From the NCBI GenBank assembly GCA_028534125.1, contig CM052818.1, forward strand, positions 25,794,001-25,858,000: a DNA stretch of 64,000 nucleotides, read 5' to 3'. Below, piece after piece: positions 13,616 through 25,759 of the stretch. Position numbers and translations under genes: made by a program. The stretch comes from Lama glama. Its lineage: Eukaryota. Within the stretch, counting starts at the first letter, position 1, and the number at the start of each line of letters is the position of its first letter. The notes beneath the pieces are model-generated. The model ran no database searches and was not told the DNA's origin. It saw only the letters and a program-made list of their open reading frames with translations.

Positions 13616-13744
13616 CAGGGAGGGTGTAGCTCAAGTGGTAAAGTGCATGCTTAGCATGCATAGGTCCTGGATTCAACCCCCAGTACCTCCATTTAAAAAA
13701 TAATTAAATAAACAAACTTAATTACCTACCCCCCCCCAAGAAAA
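13616..13744 (+). mobile_element. tRNA-derived SINE (camelid Vic-1 type) with TSD
   Basis: A-box TAGCTCAAGTGG, B-box-like GATTCAACCCC and AT-rich tail. TSD AGAAAG(G/T)GTGCCTCAG at 13600-13615 and 13745-13760 (15/16). Confidence 0.9.
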
Positions 13745-16002
13745 AGAAAGTGTGCCTCAGAGGTTGTACATCATACAAGGCTGAGGGGCAATTACCCTGA
13801 AGCTAAAGAAAATTACGCTTCTGCACCCCTCACTGGTCTGGCTCTTTCTAAGGCACTGGGAGGGAACTTAGAGAAGTATTCAAATGTTTTGTATAAATAG
13901 CAAAAATAGATTTTTGTATTGTTTTCCACTAAAAATGACCTGAAAAATTTTACAAGCTTTAGGCCCTCCAAGTCTGGATCCACTCCTGAGAAGTGTTTCC
14001 TCTCTGGCCATGCCTGGTTTGTTTCACCTGTCATTAACCAGATAGTAAGCAGCCTCAATTCCATGCCAGGGCACACTGGGATGCCAAGGATCTCGTGGGA
14101 AGGCAAGAAAAGAGGAGCATTCGTCACTCAATTAGCTTCTGGATACAGAGAAAACTGCAAGCTGAAGCAAGAGGAGACTTCCTGGGGAAAAACCAGTTAC
14201 AGACTCAGGAACTGGTGTGCCTTTGCACCCTTTTCCTTCTCCAGAGGGATGGGTGGTAAGTGGCGCTAATGAGGTTCCTGTTTAAAATAAGTCTTTGAGA
14301 AAAATTAAGGAGCTACCTTTAAATTCTCCTCAAAGATACCATTGCCTATGTGCTGTGCCCCAACAACCCCCAAGCCTTGGAGTCATGTCTTACAGTGGAG
14401 AGAGCCCTCTAGTGGTCCCAGTCCCAGCTACTTTGCTAAGTAACCATGTGACGTTGCTCAAATTGTGAATCCCTCCATGCCTCACTTTGTTCACCTTTAA
14501 AATGAGGGTGTTGGATTGGGTGGCCTCATTCTGAACTGTGAATAGTTTTATGGTATGGAGGAAGATCTTAAATGATTTCTACAGTGATACAAGGATATTT
14601 CCATGAGAAAATATGATGCACGTATTGGGAGGGAGATTGACATATGGAGAAAAATTGGACCATATGGGATTAGGAAATTAAAAATTATCTCTTCCTGCTC
14701 AGTAAATGTGCCAAATATGAGCCTCTTGTCCTAAGTACTGTCTTTCTTTTATCAAATAAGAAGACATTATGAGCATTTCCAAAATTAAAAGAATATTCAT
14801 GTCATGTCAAATGTGAGGCGGGTGTAGGCAGTGATGTGTTAGGCTCTAGGAAGGAAATTTGTATTTAAGACACTTCTTTGTTATTTGGGAGAGCTCAGCT
14901 GAAAGGAGACTAGCCCAGATGGAACAAGTAGCAAACAAAGCTGATAAGATAGAACGTAAGTCATAATTAATGGGCTGATGTGGTAAATTATGGTGCATCC
15001 ATTCTGTGGAGTCCTGTGCAATCACCAAATAGAACAAATCACATTTATATGTATTGTCTTGGAAAGGTATGGAAGACATATTGTTAAGTGAAAATAAGCA
15101 AGTGCTGAACAGTATGAACGGAATGATTACGTTTTTGTAAAAAGCAAAGCTGAGACTCTAAACAGGCAATTCTATGATTGTGTAAGTATAAGAAAAGTAT
15201 GGAATGATATACACCAACATGCTACCACCAGTTACTTTAAGAGGATGGGGTCGGACAGAGGAGGAACAAAGAATTACTATTTTTTTTTATCTTTCTGTAA
15301 TTCAGTTTGTATGAATTGTTACAATAGGTGTGTATTATACTTTTAAAAAATGTTTTTGTAAAACAAAAAAGCATAACCTTTGGTTCCTCAGGCCTCACCA
15401 GTGTGTGGACATATGTTGGTTCATGGTTCCACCTTTCACTCCGCAGCACCCCTAGCTCTGCACTAAAACTTACCCGGTGGTTTCGGAGCCAACCCTCTCC
15501 TGTTTGGGGTGGGGCCTTAGCACAGTACCAAGGCAGATGCCTGCCCTGAGGGGGCGCTGCCTGTGCTCAGCGCTCTGCCAGAGCTGCCAGGTGGCACCAT
15601 GTTCCCTTGGATTCCTGAAGTCCCAGCAGCGCCTTTGTTTAGGAAGGAGGAATGCTTTTCTTCCTCCTCCCCCATCCCACTTTGCTAGGTGGTCACTGGT
15701 GCAGGCCCATTAGGGCTCCTCAAACACATCAGCCCTCCTGGGCTGGTCCCACTCTTCAGAAATGCCTGGGCCTTTCCACAAGGGTCCAGCCTCTGTGGAC
15801 ATGTCCACACACAGTGGGTGCCAAATTGCATGTTGGAGGCAGAAATTCAGTGAAGGAAAAGACTCAGGGTCCAGAGGCATCTGGGAGGAGGGACAGAGAG
15901 AGACAGGGGATGACAAACGTGTAGACATAACGCTGGCAGTGCCAAGAGAGGGGAGTGAGAGTGAGAAAGCCTGGCTCTATTGGCCAGTCCGGGGCACACT
16001 CC

Positions 16003-16461
16003 TGTTAAACACAATCCCACTGAACATCCACATTAGACAAGACCTCTTGTGACTGTGATGGATCAAGACAAAAACAAGCCCCCTCTAGAATCATGTCTGA
16101 CCATAATTGAAAATAAGAATTGTCCACACCACAAAAGTGGCCACCAAACATTCCCCGGTCCTGGGTAACATGAGTGACAGCAGCATCTTTACCAAGTACA
16201 GCTGTGGGCTTGCTCTGTTCCCCCTGCCTTGCAGATAACGAGTAAGGTACCAATCTTAGAATCATCCCTGCTTCCCGATGACATCCAGTCCAGAGCAGAG
16301 CCCCATGGCCTTGAACCCTCCCCAGAATCACTGAACACACGCCCAGACCTAGCCCTGAGCCCTTTCTGAGGGTGTGCAGTCTCCCTTACTGCAGCAAGTC
16401 AGCGGTCCCTCAGCTGACTCTCAGTGTGTTCCTGGTGGCTTTTGGTTGGAGGGCACTAACA
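16003..16461 (+). mobile_element. ERV solo LTR (probably ERV1 class)
   Basis: TGTTA...TAACA inverted termini, ~460 bp, with LTR-like internal sequence ending gtgttcctggtggcttttggttggagggcactaaca. No clear TSD. Confidence 0.65.
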
Positions 16462-18690
16462 AGAGGCCATCTCTGAGGTAGACCATGTGGTGGCGTTTCA
16501 CGTGGAAGCCTGGAAGTTTTCACCCTGCCATTTACTTTCCTTGTTGTGAGAAACTCATTTACATATTTGCACCATCAGTGCTTGAAGGCTAGCAAGTATT
16601 TCTTCATTGCCCAAAAGAGCAAGGTGCGTGAGGGCCTTTCAGAGATCGATCTGACTGTGGCAGATATTTCTTTGAAAAGTACTGGAGGGTGAGGGCATGT
16701 TGGTGAGGTGGTTGCCGATTAGGAAACATCTGAATTACAGGATGCCTATATTCTAATCTTTATTCCACCTTGACAGGTAATTAGTGTTGAGGAAAGACTG
16801 TGGACTTTAGGATGGGTCCTAGCTCTGCTGCTTAGAGGTGTATGACTTGGAGCATGTTTCTTAACCTCTTTGAGCTGCAGAGTCTGCATCTGAGGAAAGA
16901 AGATAATATCACTTACCTCACAGGCTGGACAAGCACATGTAAATACCAGCACTCCCTGGTGTTTAGGGTGCTGAGTCCTCACAAATGTGTCCTTCCTTCC
17001 CAGTCAGAGATAGACAGTCACTGTAGATTCCTGAAAGAGAGGGGGCCCAAGGGCAGCGGGCATTTTAGGAAGATAGACCTAAGTGAGGGGGCCACAGGCA
17101 GACTGAGTTGATGCCAGACACTCCAGCTTGCCTGGCGCTCGCCAACCACTGCAGAGATAGCATCACATTCTTAGAAGATGTGCAACTGTCCCAGCTGGAC
17201 ATGGGCAAAAAATGAGTAATGGAGACATGCCACACAGCGTGTCCCATGCAGCAAGCCTTAGTGGGATAGGATGGAGGGAGGAAATGCTGTAGTGAGGGAC
17301 ACTTCCAGAAAGGCAGCCAAACTCTGGGCTGGTGGGGACAGCAAGGAAAACAGATCCCCTCAGAGTGCAGCGGTCAGTGGAGAGGTGCCTACTATAGCCC
17401 ATGGCTAGAGCATTTCCACTTGTGGATTGTTGCCAGGGCTTTGCCATCACACAGAGAAGGGCTGCTTCAAACAGGAAGGGTGACGCTGAGCTCTGGAGGT
17501 CGGCTCTGGCTTTCTTCCACGTTTGACAGTAGGTGAGTGACCAAGGCAGGCCATTCCACTTTAGCCCGAGGGCAGCTTGACTCCAAGGAAGAGAAAATAG
17601 ATGACTGATGTCAAGAGCTACATTTTGCAACCACTTTTTTCCCACCAGCTCTACCTCTGGTAGTTCCTAAATTTTATAGTTAATGTACCCAGTGAGCCTT
17701 CAAGCTAAAATGTCCCTTGCTTTCTAAGAAGGCTTTGAATTTGGAGCATTTGTGTTTAAAAACAAACAAAAGCTAAGGTAATTTGTGAGTGACATTAAAA
17801 AAAAAAGTCCAGCATGTATGTTAGCTGCAGATGGTATACAAGAGAGCAAAGTCAAGGCCCCCATGATTGATTCCTCAGATCAACCAGCGATGACTGGGCA
17901 CCTACTTGATTCAAAGTGTGTTCATCCTGTGAAACCCACCCGGAGAGCAATCACTGACCATCCTCCCGCTCTGCAGAATCCATCCCACCTCCTTTTTGAA
18001 AAGGAAAGTGTGTTCCCTGCACGCTTATCCTTCCTGGTTGTTCTCTTTGAAACAGCAAAGCGGTGGGACCCAGGTGCCCCAGTCTCCTCGCGGCCCCAGC
18101 TGCCCCAGCTCATCCACACAGCTCCCTGCTCTTAGCCGCCCAGGCCACCCACGCCCCCTTTTTACGAGGCTGGGCGCTGAGGAATTAAAAGATAAACAAG
18201 CTGATCTTTGTCATCTAGTGAGAAGGCTGAAAGTACATCAACAAATCCAATGCAAGGGCATAGGAAATGTACCCCAATCATTGCGGTAATGGGAAGTAGA
18301 GGGTGATTACATCTAGTAGCAGGATCAAGGTTTTAAAGTGTGGATTTTAAAAGAAGAAAAGGAGCTTAAGGAGTTCTTGATTGGGCTTCAGTTCACTGGC
18401 CAATAGCCATGGACATATGGTTGCTTCCTTGCCCCTCTCCTGGAAGTGTGTGAGGGTCCTGGTCCCTAAAAGACTTATGCTATCTGGACCTTCATGTCTC
18501 TCCTTGTATGCTGGTAGGCTGATAGAACGAAGGACTCAGGGGAGAGTCATCCGCTGCTTAGCTCTCTTGATTTCTAAGGAATCTCACCTCCAAGGTGCAG
18601 AGGCCGTAGGAATTGGAGACCGATCACTATGAGACGCTCGGAATCCTAACCCAGACAGGGGAGAATGATGATCAGAAGAGGGGTCACAGT

Positions 18691-18795
18691 GGAGAGGGTA
18701 ATAGCTCAGTGGTAGAGCACAAGCTTAGCATGCATGAGGCCCTGGGTTCAATCCCCAGTCCCTCTTTTTTCTTTAAAAAAAGAAAGGAAAAAGGA
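18691..18795 (+). mobile_element. tRNA-derived SINE (Vic-1 type)
   Basis: TAGCTCAGTGGTAGAGC...GGTTCAATCCCCAG with A-rich tail. Degenerate TSD (gggtcacagt / ggatcactagt). Confidence 0.88.
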
Positions 18796-19082
18796 AAAAG
18801 GGATCACTAGTGTCAAAAGTGTAATTGTGCTCGAGAATGCTAGAGAACTCATTCAACTTGCTGAAAGAGAATGGAGGAATTGAGAATTATGTCCCTAGGC
18901 CTAGTCAGTCTCTCTGCTTGATTTAATGTGGTCACATTTTTTTCCTGTTTTGAGAATGAGAGGAAGACAGATGTCTACTTTATAAATATAAGAGAACAGC
19001 ACTAAGGTTTGTATAGCACTGCCGATTCAGTGAGGGAATCCACTCAGCCTATTTAAGCTACAAATTGGAGTAAAGTCTGAGG

Positions 19083-19106
19083 GTGTGTGTGTGTGTGTGT
19101 GTGTGT
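19083..19106. repeat. (GT)12 microsatellite
   Basis: Direct reading. A second (GT)11 lies at 19503-19524. Confidence 0.95.
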
Positions 19107-20879
19107 CCCTGGACTCTTTTGCATTTTAGTTTCAGTGTCTTCCTTTGCAAAATGGATATAATGCCAACTTCACAGGACTGTGAGGATTAAATACAGTCTT
19201 TGGTGAAAGTGCCTTATCATCAGTAATATGAATATTACTCTCAAGGTCTGAGGCACCCTGATGCTGGCTGCTGTTGTTATTATACAGAATATAGGGTAAC
19301 CATCTCCAGAGAAGCTGAAAATATCCCCAAGTGCAGCTGATCTGCCTTTTATCACGTCAGCACTGTTGGTCAGGCAGCATCTACTCATGTAACGGTCAGC
19401 AGTAGTGCTGAATTTCAAAAGCATACAGTTGAATGAGACCCTATTATTTGGTTTCCGTCTTCTGTCTGAAAGGGCTCCTAATGTAAGGAATATCAGGCAG
19501 GGGTGTGTGTGTGTGTGTGTGTGTCTTAAGACAACAATTTAAAATGTTAAGCTAGTTCCAAAATGCCTTGAGGGAAGCAACTTGGTTAAAATTTCAGCGT
19601 GAAAGTGACACTGGCACTGTGTAAGGAACATTCTAGGCAAAGTTTCCAGTGCTTCCCAATCCGTGCCACCTGGAAGTATAGGGCGTATATCCTAAAATCT
19701 TCAAGGGTCTGGAGAAGTGGTTTCCTTCTTAAAATGGATCATATTCTGCTCTGAGTGCAGGAATCTGACTAATTAGGAGAAATCTCCTTCACAGACTGCA
19801 GTAATTCAGCCAGGGCTGGGTCACCATGGATAATAGAGCAGCCTTTGGATTCTCACTGGGAGGGAGCCAGGGGCTGAACACAATGTTCCTTCCATAGAGA
19901 GAGAACACATTTGAGAAGCAGAAATACTTTTCCAGTAGAGAAACTGCTGCTCCAAAATTTTCATTAATGATTCAATATTCAGTTCCAATTTCTGTGTCAC
20001 ATGCTGGTGTGGAGAAGATTCTTGTGTTAAGGGAAATCTCTGGACTGATGAATACAACAGATTGTGCTTGTAGACAATATTAAATAAACGTTGATCTTTA
20101 AACGTACTGTATAATAGTCAAGTATTTACAAATGAAATGGTATGAGATTTGGGACTTGCAGCTGATTGGGGGAGAGTATGCAGAGTACAGATGAAACAAC
20201 TGATCATGTGTTGATAGTTATTGAAACCAAGTGATAGGTCCATGGGGGTTCATTATACTATTTTCTCTACTGTTGTGAACATTTGAAATTTTCCATATAA
20301 AAAGTTAACAACAAAACCCCCAAAGTTATGACTTTCTCTTGTTTGAATGAAAGCTGTTTTTAAAAATAAATAGGTTGTAGAAGTTGAATAGTAAAATATA
20401 AAATATAGCTAACATTATTGATACTTACTGTGTGCTTGGCATATAACTTCATATATATTATATACATATATAATTATATAATGTATAGGTATATATGTAT
20501 TTTATATGTATATAGTCCAATCTATACATATATTAAATACACACATATGTGGTGTATCAGTTCATTTAATTCCTGTCAACCCCATGAGGTAAACACTGCA
20601 AATTATCGTCAGTCGCAGATAAGGCGATGAGGTGATACAGAGGTTAAAGAAATAACGTGCACAAGGTCGTTAAGCATATTTGAACGCAGACTCCAGAACC
20701 CACGCTCCTTCTTAAATAGCACCTCTGTTGCTGTCTGTATCCAAGGTGTTCTGTACGTTGTCGCCAAGAAGTTCCCTTATCAGTTTATTTTTTATTTTAA
20801 AATTGACTTGGGAGTGGTGGGTGGAGTGGAAATTTTTTACAAGGCTGTTTAGCAATTCTGCTGTAGCTGCCTGTCCCCC

Positions 20880-21300
20880 TTGGCCCCAGCCTGGTTGTTG
20901 AGTCCGGGCCCCCGGGGTGAGGTCGGGTCGGCTGGCTCAGGAGGCCAGTTACCCTGGGTCCTCCGTCCCCTCACCCGCACCTGGAGCGGCGCTCTGGCTG
21001 CCGCGTGGCGCCACCTGGTGGCCAGGAGCCTCAACCCGGCGGGGTGCGCGGCCCGGGCGGTAGGATCCCGCGCGCCTGTGGGTGCGCGCCGCCCTCCCGC
21101 GAGGACGAAGCCGAGGGGGTGTTGAGGTCCCCGTAGTTACAAGCCCGGTGCAGATGGGCCTTTAACCCTTGTTTGAGGTCTTGTCCCGCGGAGCTGGGCC
21201 AGGAGTGAGCGCTCCCGCCGAGCCGCCTTCTCAGACACAGGCAGGACTCTCTCCGGAACCTGCTCCACCTTCTCCAGGCAGGAATTAAGAGGGGTGCTTT
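20880..21300. promoter_or_regulatory. CpG island not associated with an evident gene start
   Basis: Sharp GC/CpG enrichment (gggtgcgcggcccgggcgg, cccgcgcgcctg, gtgcgcgccgcc) against AT-rich flanks. Confidence 0.8.
21005..21024 (-). promoter_or_regulatory. CTCF binding motif
   Basis: Minus strand reads TGGCCACCAGGTGGCGCCAC, matching the CTCF core consensus CCASYAGRKGGCRS exactly. Confidence 0.8.
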
Positions 21301-21507
21301 GCCTAAGGACTGTTAAAACGAGCTCTTTAACATTTCCAAGTACCACAATTAGTGTATTTTTGTATATAGGTACATGTGTATTTCTTTGTATCCTTACCTC
21401 TTTCTAGAAAAGGTGCTAAGGTTGGAATTACGACATACTGTGTTTTTTCCTTACAACAGTCATCTTAGGCACGTGAAGAGCAAGTGTGATCGCCTACGGA
21501 ATAAGCG

Positions 21508-22044
21508 ATGCAGACCAGAGTGTGTGGAAGGGCATCTGGCCCAAGTCTTGAGGACCTCCTGCCTGAGTTCTGAGAAAACTTGATGTTGCAGACCAGTTCT
21601 TCTTCCTGGTGCTGGAGGAAGATGGCACAGCTGGAGAGGCAGAAGAGTACTTTGGGGCACTGGCAGAGGGCATGGTGCTCCAAAAGGTGAAGCCCCCATC
21701 AGAGCAGGGGTCTGGGTACCAACTCTCCCTCTCCCATTTGCCTGCCAGGAAGATCAGTGAGACCTGTATACCTTCCTACCCGCCCAAGGTGAATTTCCGG
21801 GACCTCACTGGCTTCCTAAACCTGAAGGCAGCTTTCTATGGCACATGCTCCCTTTCCTATGGTCTGCATGGCTATGGGACTAAGCCCATCCTGAAGGAAA
21901 CTCTCTGCTGGGCCCCCTTCAGCTTGTAGGCCACAGGCCATGTGCTGCTTGGCACCCCTTGTTACATGAAGCAAGTCCCAGGTGCCACAGAGGGAGGGCA
22001 AGACCTCATCCCTCATCCAGACCTGCCTGGAGATACTGCCATAA
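21508..22044 (+). pseudogene. CIDEC: CIDEC (FSP27) processed pseudogene, 5'-truncated
   Basis: Translates DADQSVWKGI.../FFLVLEEDGTAGEAEEYFGALA...PPSEQGSGYQLSLSHLPARKI...LNLKAAFYGTCSLSYGLH...KETLCWAPFSL*ATGHVLLGTPCYM.../GKTSSLIQTCLEILP*, collinear with CIDEC. No introns. Contains frameshifts and an in-frame TAG at 21927-21929. Confidence 0.92.
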
Positions 22045-25000
22045 AGGCCCATGTCCATGGGGACCCTTCCTGGGCCAAGACTAGATTGGCCATCTAGTTT
22101 ACTTTGTGAGTATTGTGTTATTGTGCTTAAGGGCACACCTCTCCATGACAAGGCAGGATCCTATCTGAAGGGTGAGGTCATTTATTCCATCATCTCTTGA
22201 TTTGGAACAAACCAAGGAGGAAGAACATTTCTCAAATCTGGTTCTGCAATCTGAGCAGGGAAAATGTGGGTGGGCTGCAGAGTGGGTGATCTCACATAGA
22301 GGTTGAGGATATCAAGCTTGTCAATGAGGGAACTCTTGGGGGCTGGGCTGGAGGATGGTGTAGAAATGAGGAAACCACAGGGGATTAGTGAAGACTTGTT
22401 TCAGACCCTTTGGGCAAGTGTATAGGCCTCTCAGATAATGAGTAAGTTGGGTTAGAGCCTGTGAACTCCGGGGACAAATGACCCATGTTGGAGCCAACCA
22501 CCATACTGGCAGTGCCACTTGGTCTTAGCAGAGCAGAGCTGAGAGAAAACCAGCAGACAAAGGAAGGCATGACATCCACTCTTAGACTACAGCTGTGACA
22601 GAAGGCTGTAGCCTCTGAGTACCAGTGCAGTATTGACTTGATAACTGAAGTGAGAGAACCCAGAGGTTAGTGATGGAGTCAGGGCTCTGTAGATAGTCAT
22701 CCTTTCCTCTTTGGCTTCTCCTTCTGATGCTAAACCTTGCAGGATCTAGGTTTAATTTTATCTAAGAAAACATTTTTCCCTTGTAATCTGTGCTTTCCAT
22801 ATGAGCCAGTAGAGAAACTGGGTAAAAAGATAAATGCTATGGTTGCTTGTGTTAATAGCAGCACAGCACCTGGGCCAAGGGCTGTAATCATCTCACTGTA
22901 CTATACTTTTACTCTTTGGTGGTGGTCAGCTTAAATTACTCTGTTGGAAGGAGATGGAGATGGCTGGGTCTTGGCTGGCCCTCAAGGCTGGGTGAGCTTC
23001 CAGCACTCCTTTTCCCTCAAACTAAGTCCAGGCCAAAGGCAGCTGAAAAGTCTCTTTGGCCCCCTTTAGCTGACCTTTTTACTTGGTTGATGAGAAGCCC
23101 CAGGCAAAGGGACCACAGTGTTTCTAGAGCTCTGCTCTAGGCCAGCTACTCCCTATTTCCTTTACCTGGCTTTACCTTGGTCCTGCTGGCAAGGGCAGGT
23201 TCCATCCCCATGCCCCGGCCCTTTTGACAAGACTGAAGGCATGTGCTTCCAAGGGATGGAGATCCTTAGAAGGAGAGTGGAAGAGGCCAAAAGAATGTTT
23301 GCCCAACTCTCTACCCTCAACAAGATTCCAGCTGCCTCCTCTCCTAGGGTGGACTAAGGGAGCCTTGACTTTCCCCTCATGGCTAATGTGTGCCACCACG
23401 CTGGTCAAACCATCTCCCTAAAAAGATGCGTGGTGCATTAGCATACAGTCAGCTAAAAGGTTATCCCGGATAATAGGCCTGGAACCAAGAAATGGTTATA
23501 GTAACTAAGGATGTTTGGTTTAGAATAAAGAAGACATGCAAAGACCAGTCTCTCTTTTAAATATTTAGAATATTTGTGGAAGAGAAGATATTATTCTGTA
23601 TAGGATTAGAGGGCAAAATTGGGACCAAGGAATAAGTTACTAGGAAGCGGATTTTTTACTTCAGGAGCAAAACTAGCCCCCATGGAGATATTCAGGAAGG
23701 TGCTTCTGACCACGTGGTGGTGCCTGGGACGGAATGTCCCGCTGGAAAGCTGTCTATTCCTGCCATCCCTTGTCTCAGGCTTTTAGGATTGTTTTCAATA
23801 TTCTGCCTATGACAGTGACTATAAATCATCACATGTCCCTGAGAGCTCAGATGCCCACATTCAGTCTATACCCCTTTGAAAGCCTCTTGATTTTGGAAAC
23901 AGAATAAGGATGTTTTGTCAAATATATTCTGACTCGTGGTCATAAATTACGGGCAAGGTTCTAGGGTTTTATCCAACTCTGAAGGTCTGTAACTCCACAG
24001 TCATCAGACAAGATTCAGTCATCACTTTAGATGATCTTATGACATCATGGCAGAAAAGGAGCTAGAACCAAGGACCTGACTGACTTCTCTTTGGATGTTA
24101 TTTGAGACTTTTACAAATTCTGGCTCAAGAGGGGCCAGCATCCAATGATGAGATACAAGAATCATCTCTTAGTTTGGAACAAGCAGTCCCTGCTTAGCTC
24201 TGCCTGCTCCATTCTGCAGGTCTTTACTCACCCTCCCTTCCCTTTAACACATCTCCATAGTGATGGCTTTCATCCGTTAGTTCAGATGCCCCAGCACAGT
24301 ATGAGACGAGACAGAGGTTTCACTTCTGGGCTGAGCTGGTGTTTTTCCGAAGGTGAGCTCTCATCTGTACGTACATCCGTTCACCTTTGGCAAGGACAAG
24401 CCCTGGTGCAAGCCTGTGTCCCTATGCTGGCGGTATATTTGGAGAGTCTATATTGCCTTAGAGGCTGTGAGTCCTTGAAGGCAAGGAACATGGGATCATT
24501 ACTCGGAATCTCCAGGCAGCGAATAAAGTGTCACACCCTGTGGGCATTTGATAGGTATTTGGTATTTGCTTCCCTTCTTCTCCCATATGAAATCTCAAGA
24601 TTCCATCATCCGGGGAGTCATTTCCACCTTGTTGCTCCTTTTCCAAGCTCAGCTTTGAGAAGTGAGTGTGTCTTCCCACTTATGGCTCTGTTTTCAACTT
24701 GATGTGTTTATTTGAGTACTTAGAAACCATGGTGACAGGTGCCATAGAAATAGAAAGAGCAGGAAGGTAGAACACAGAAAGGGAGGACCCAAAACTCCAG
24801 GGGGCTGGAAGCAGTGTTTTTGTGACACCAGTGTTTATTTTAAGCCAGCAGGATTATTTACCGTGTCTTTGTGCACAGCTTCTCACTCTCGGAATGTACA
24901 TGCTGTCTGCTGCCTTCTGCATTTCCATTCTCTGGGTCTCCAGGGGAGGAGAGAAGCTGCATTCAGTGTATGAAGATACATGTCATCATCACTGCTTCTT

Positions 25001-25693
25001 ACATTTCTGTGTCATGTGTCACTCTTCAGTGCACATTCATGCACATTATTTCCTTCATTTGATCCTTAATTTAGAGCAGATAGTATTCATTCCTATTTTT
25101 CTGACAAGTTTGAGGTTCAGACTAACTTGTCTGAAGTCCCATGGCAAGCGAGGGGTCAGAGCTAACCTCTAGATCTGTTTCCTTTGAGCAGGCCTCCCTC
25201 TGCTAACATCAGGCTGTGCAGTGATGGGGATTCAGGGGAGGCTGGACAGATGGCCAGTGCATTTTGGCTAGTGTCACTTAGGTTATAATGAGCTGTGTGG
25301 AGTGATCTGAGTCATGGAGAGACAGCTGGTGCTTCTGTATGAAGCCCATAGAAAACCGTGATTGGCTGCAGGAGAAATTTTGCTAATTTTATGTCTAGAG
25401 ACAAAGGAAAAGGTAAACCATAATGCACCCTGCTTTCAAGACCGATAGCTCCTTGCCAGCACACAAGCGAACCTAAGTGTTCTCAGCTTGATCTGCCTGA
25501 GCTAACCTACAGGTCCCGAGCAGGGTCACACAGCTGTCTCTATCCCTCCTCAAAGCAGACCGAGCCAAATGCGCCCGGAAAAAGAGTCCTGGGCATGGTT
25601 GGGCATGTTCCAACCTCAGCTCTACGACCCCCTTCATGCACGTCTGATGTAGCTGAATGGTGCTGCCTATGGTCCTGCAACTTCTTGTCCTCA

Positions 25694-25757
25694 TGTAACC
25701 GAGCAGGACCCTATGGGGTCTTCCTGGGACAGATTCTCCTGTCCTTGCCTGCCTCTT
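25694..25757 (+). mobile_element. LTR-5'-end-like segment; left inverted terminus of the composite insertion
   Basis: TGTAACCGAGCAGGACCCTATGGGGTCTTCCTGGGACAGAT..., with an inverted copy at 28132-28185. Resemblance to an ERV1 LTR start is from memory and unverified. Confidence 0.6.
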
Positions 25758-25759
25758 AC

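Noticed and set aside
13616..13690. tRNA-like sequences here and at 18691, 28379 and 42444 as tRNA genes
   Set aside because: They carry SINE bodies, A-rich tails and TSDs, and are diverged from one another, so they are tRNA-derived SINEs.
19083..19524. GT/CA repeats as hnRNP L/LL autoregulatory CA elements
   Set aside because: They lie more than 11 kb past the likely poly(A) sites and read GU, not CA, on the HNRNPLL sense strand.
24145..24702. Longest ORF in the track (185 aa), and similar ORFs at 41100-41654 and 17163-17645
   Set aside because: No recognisable domain, composition typical of random frames, and no splice or gene context.
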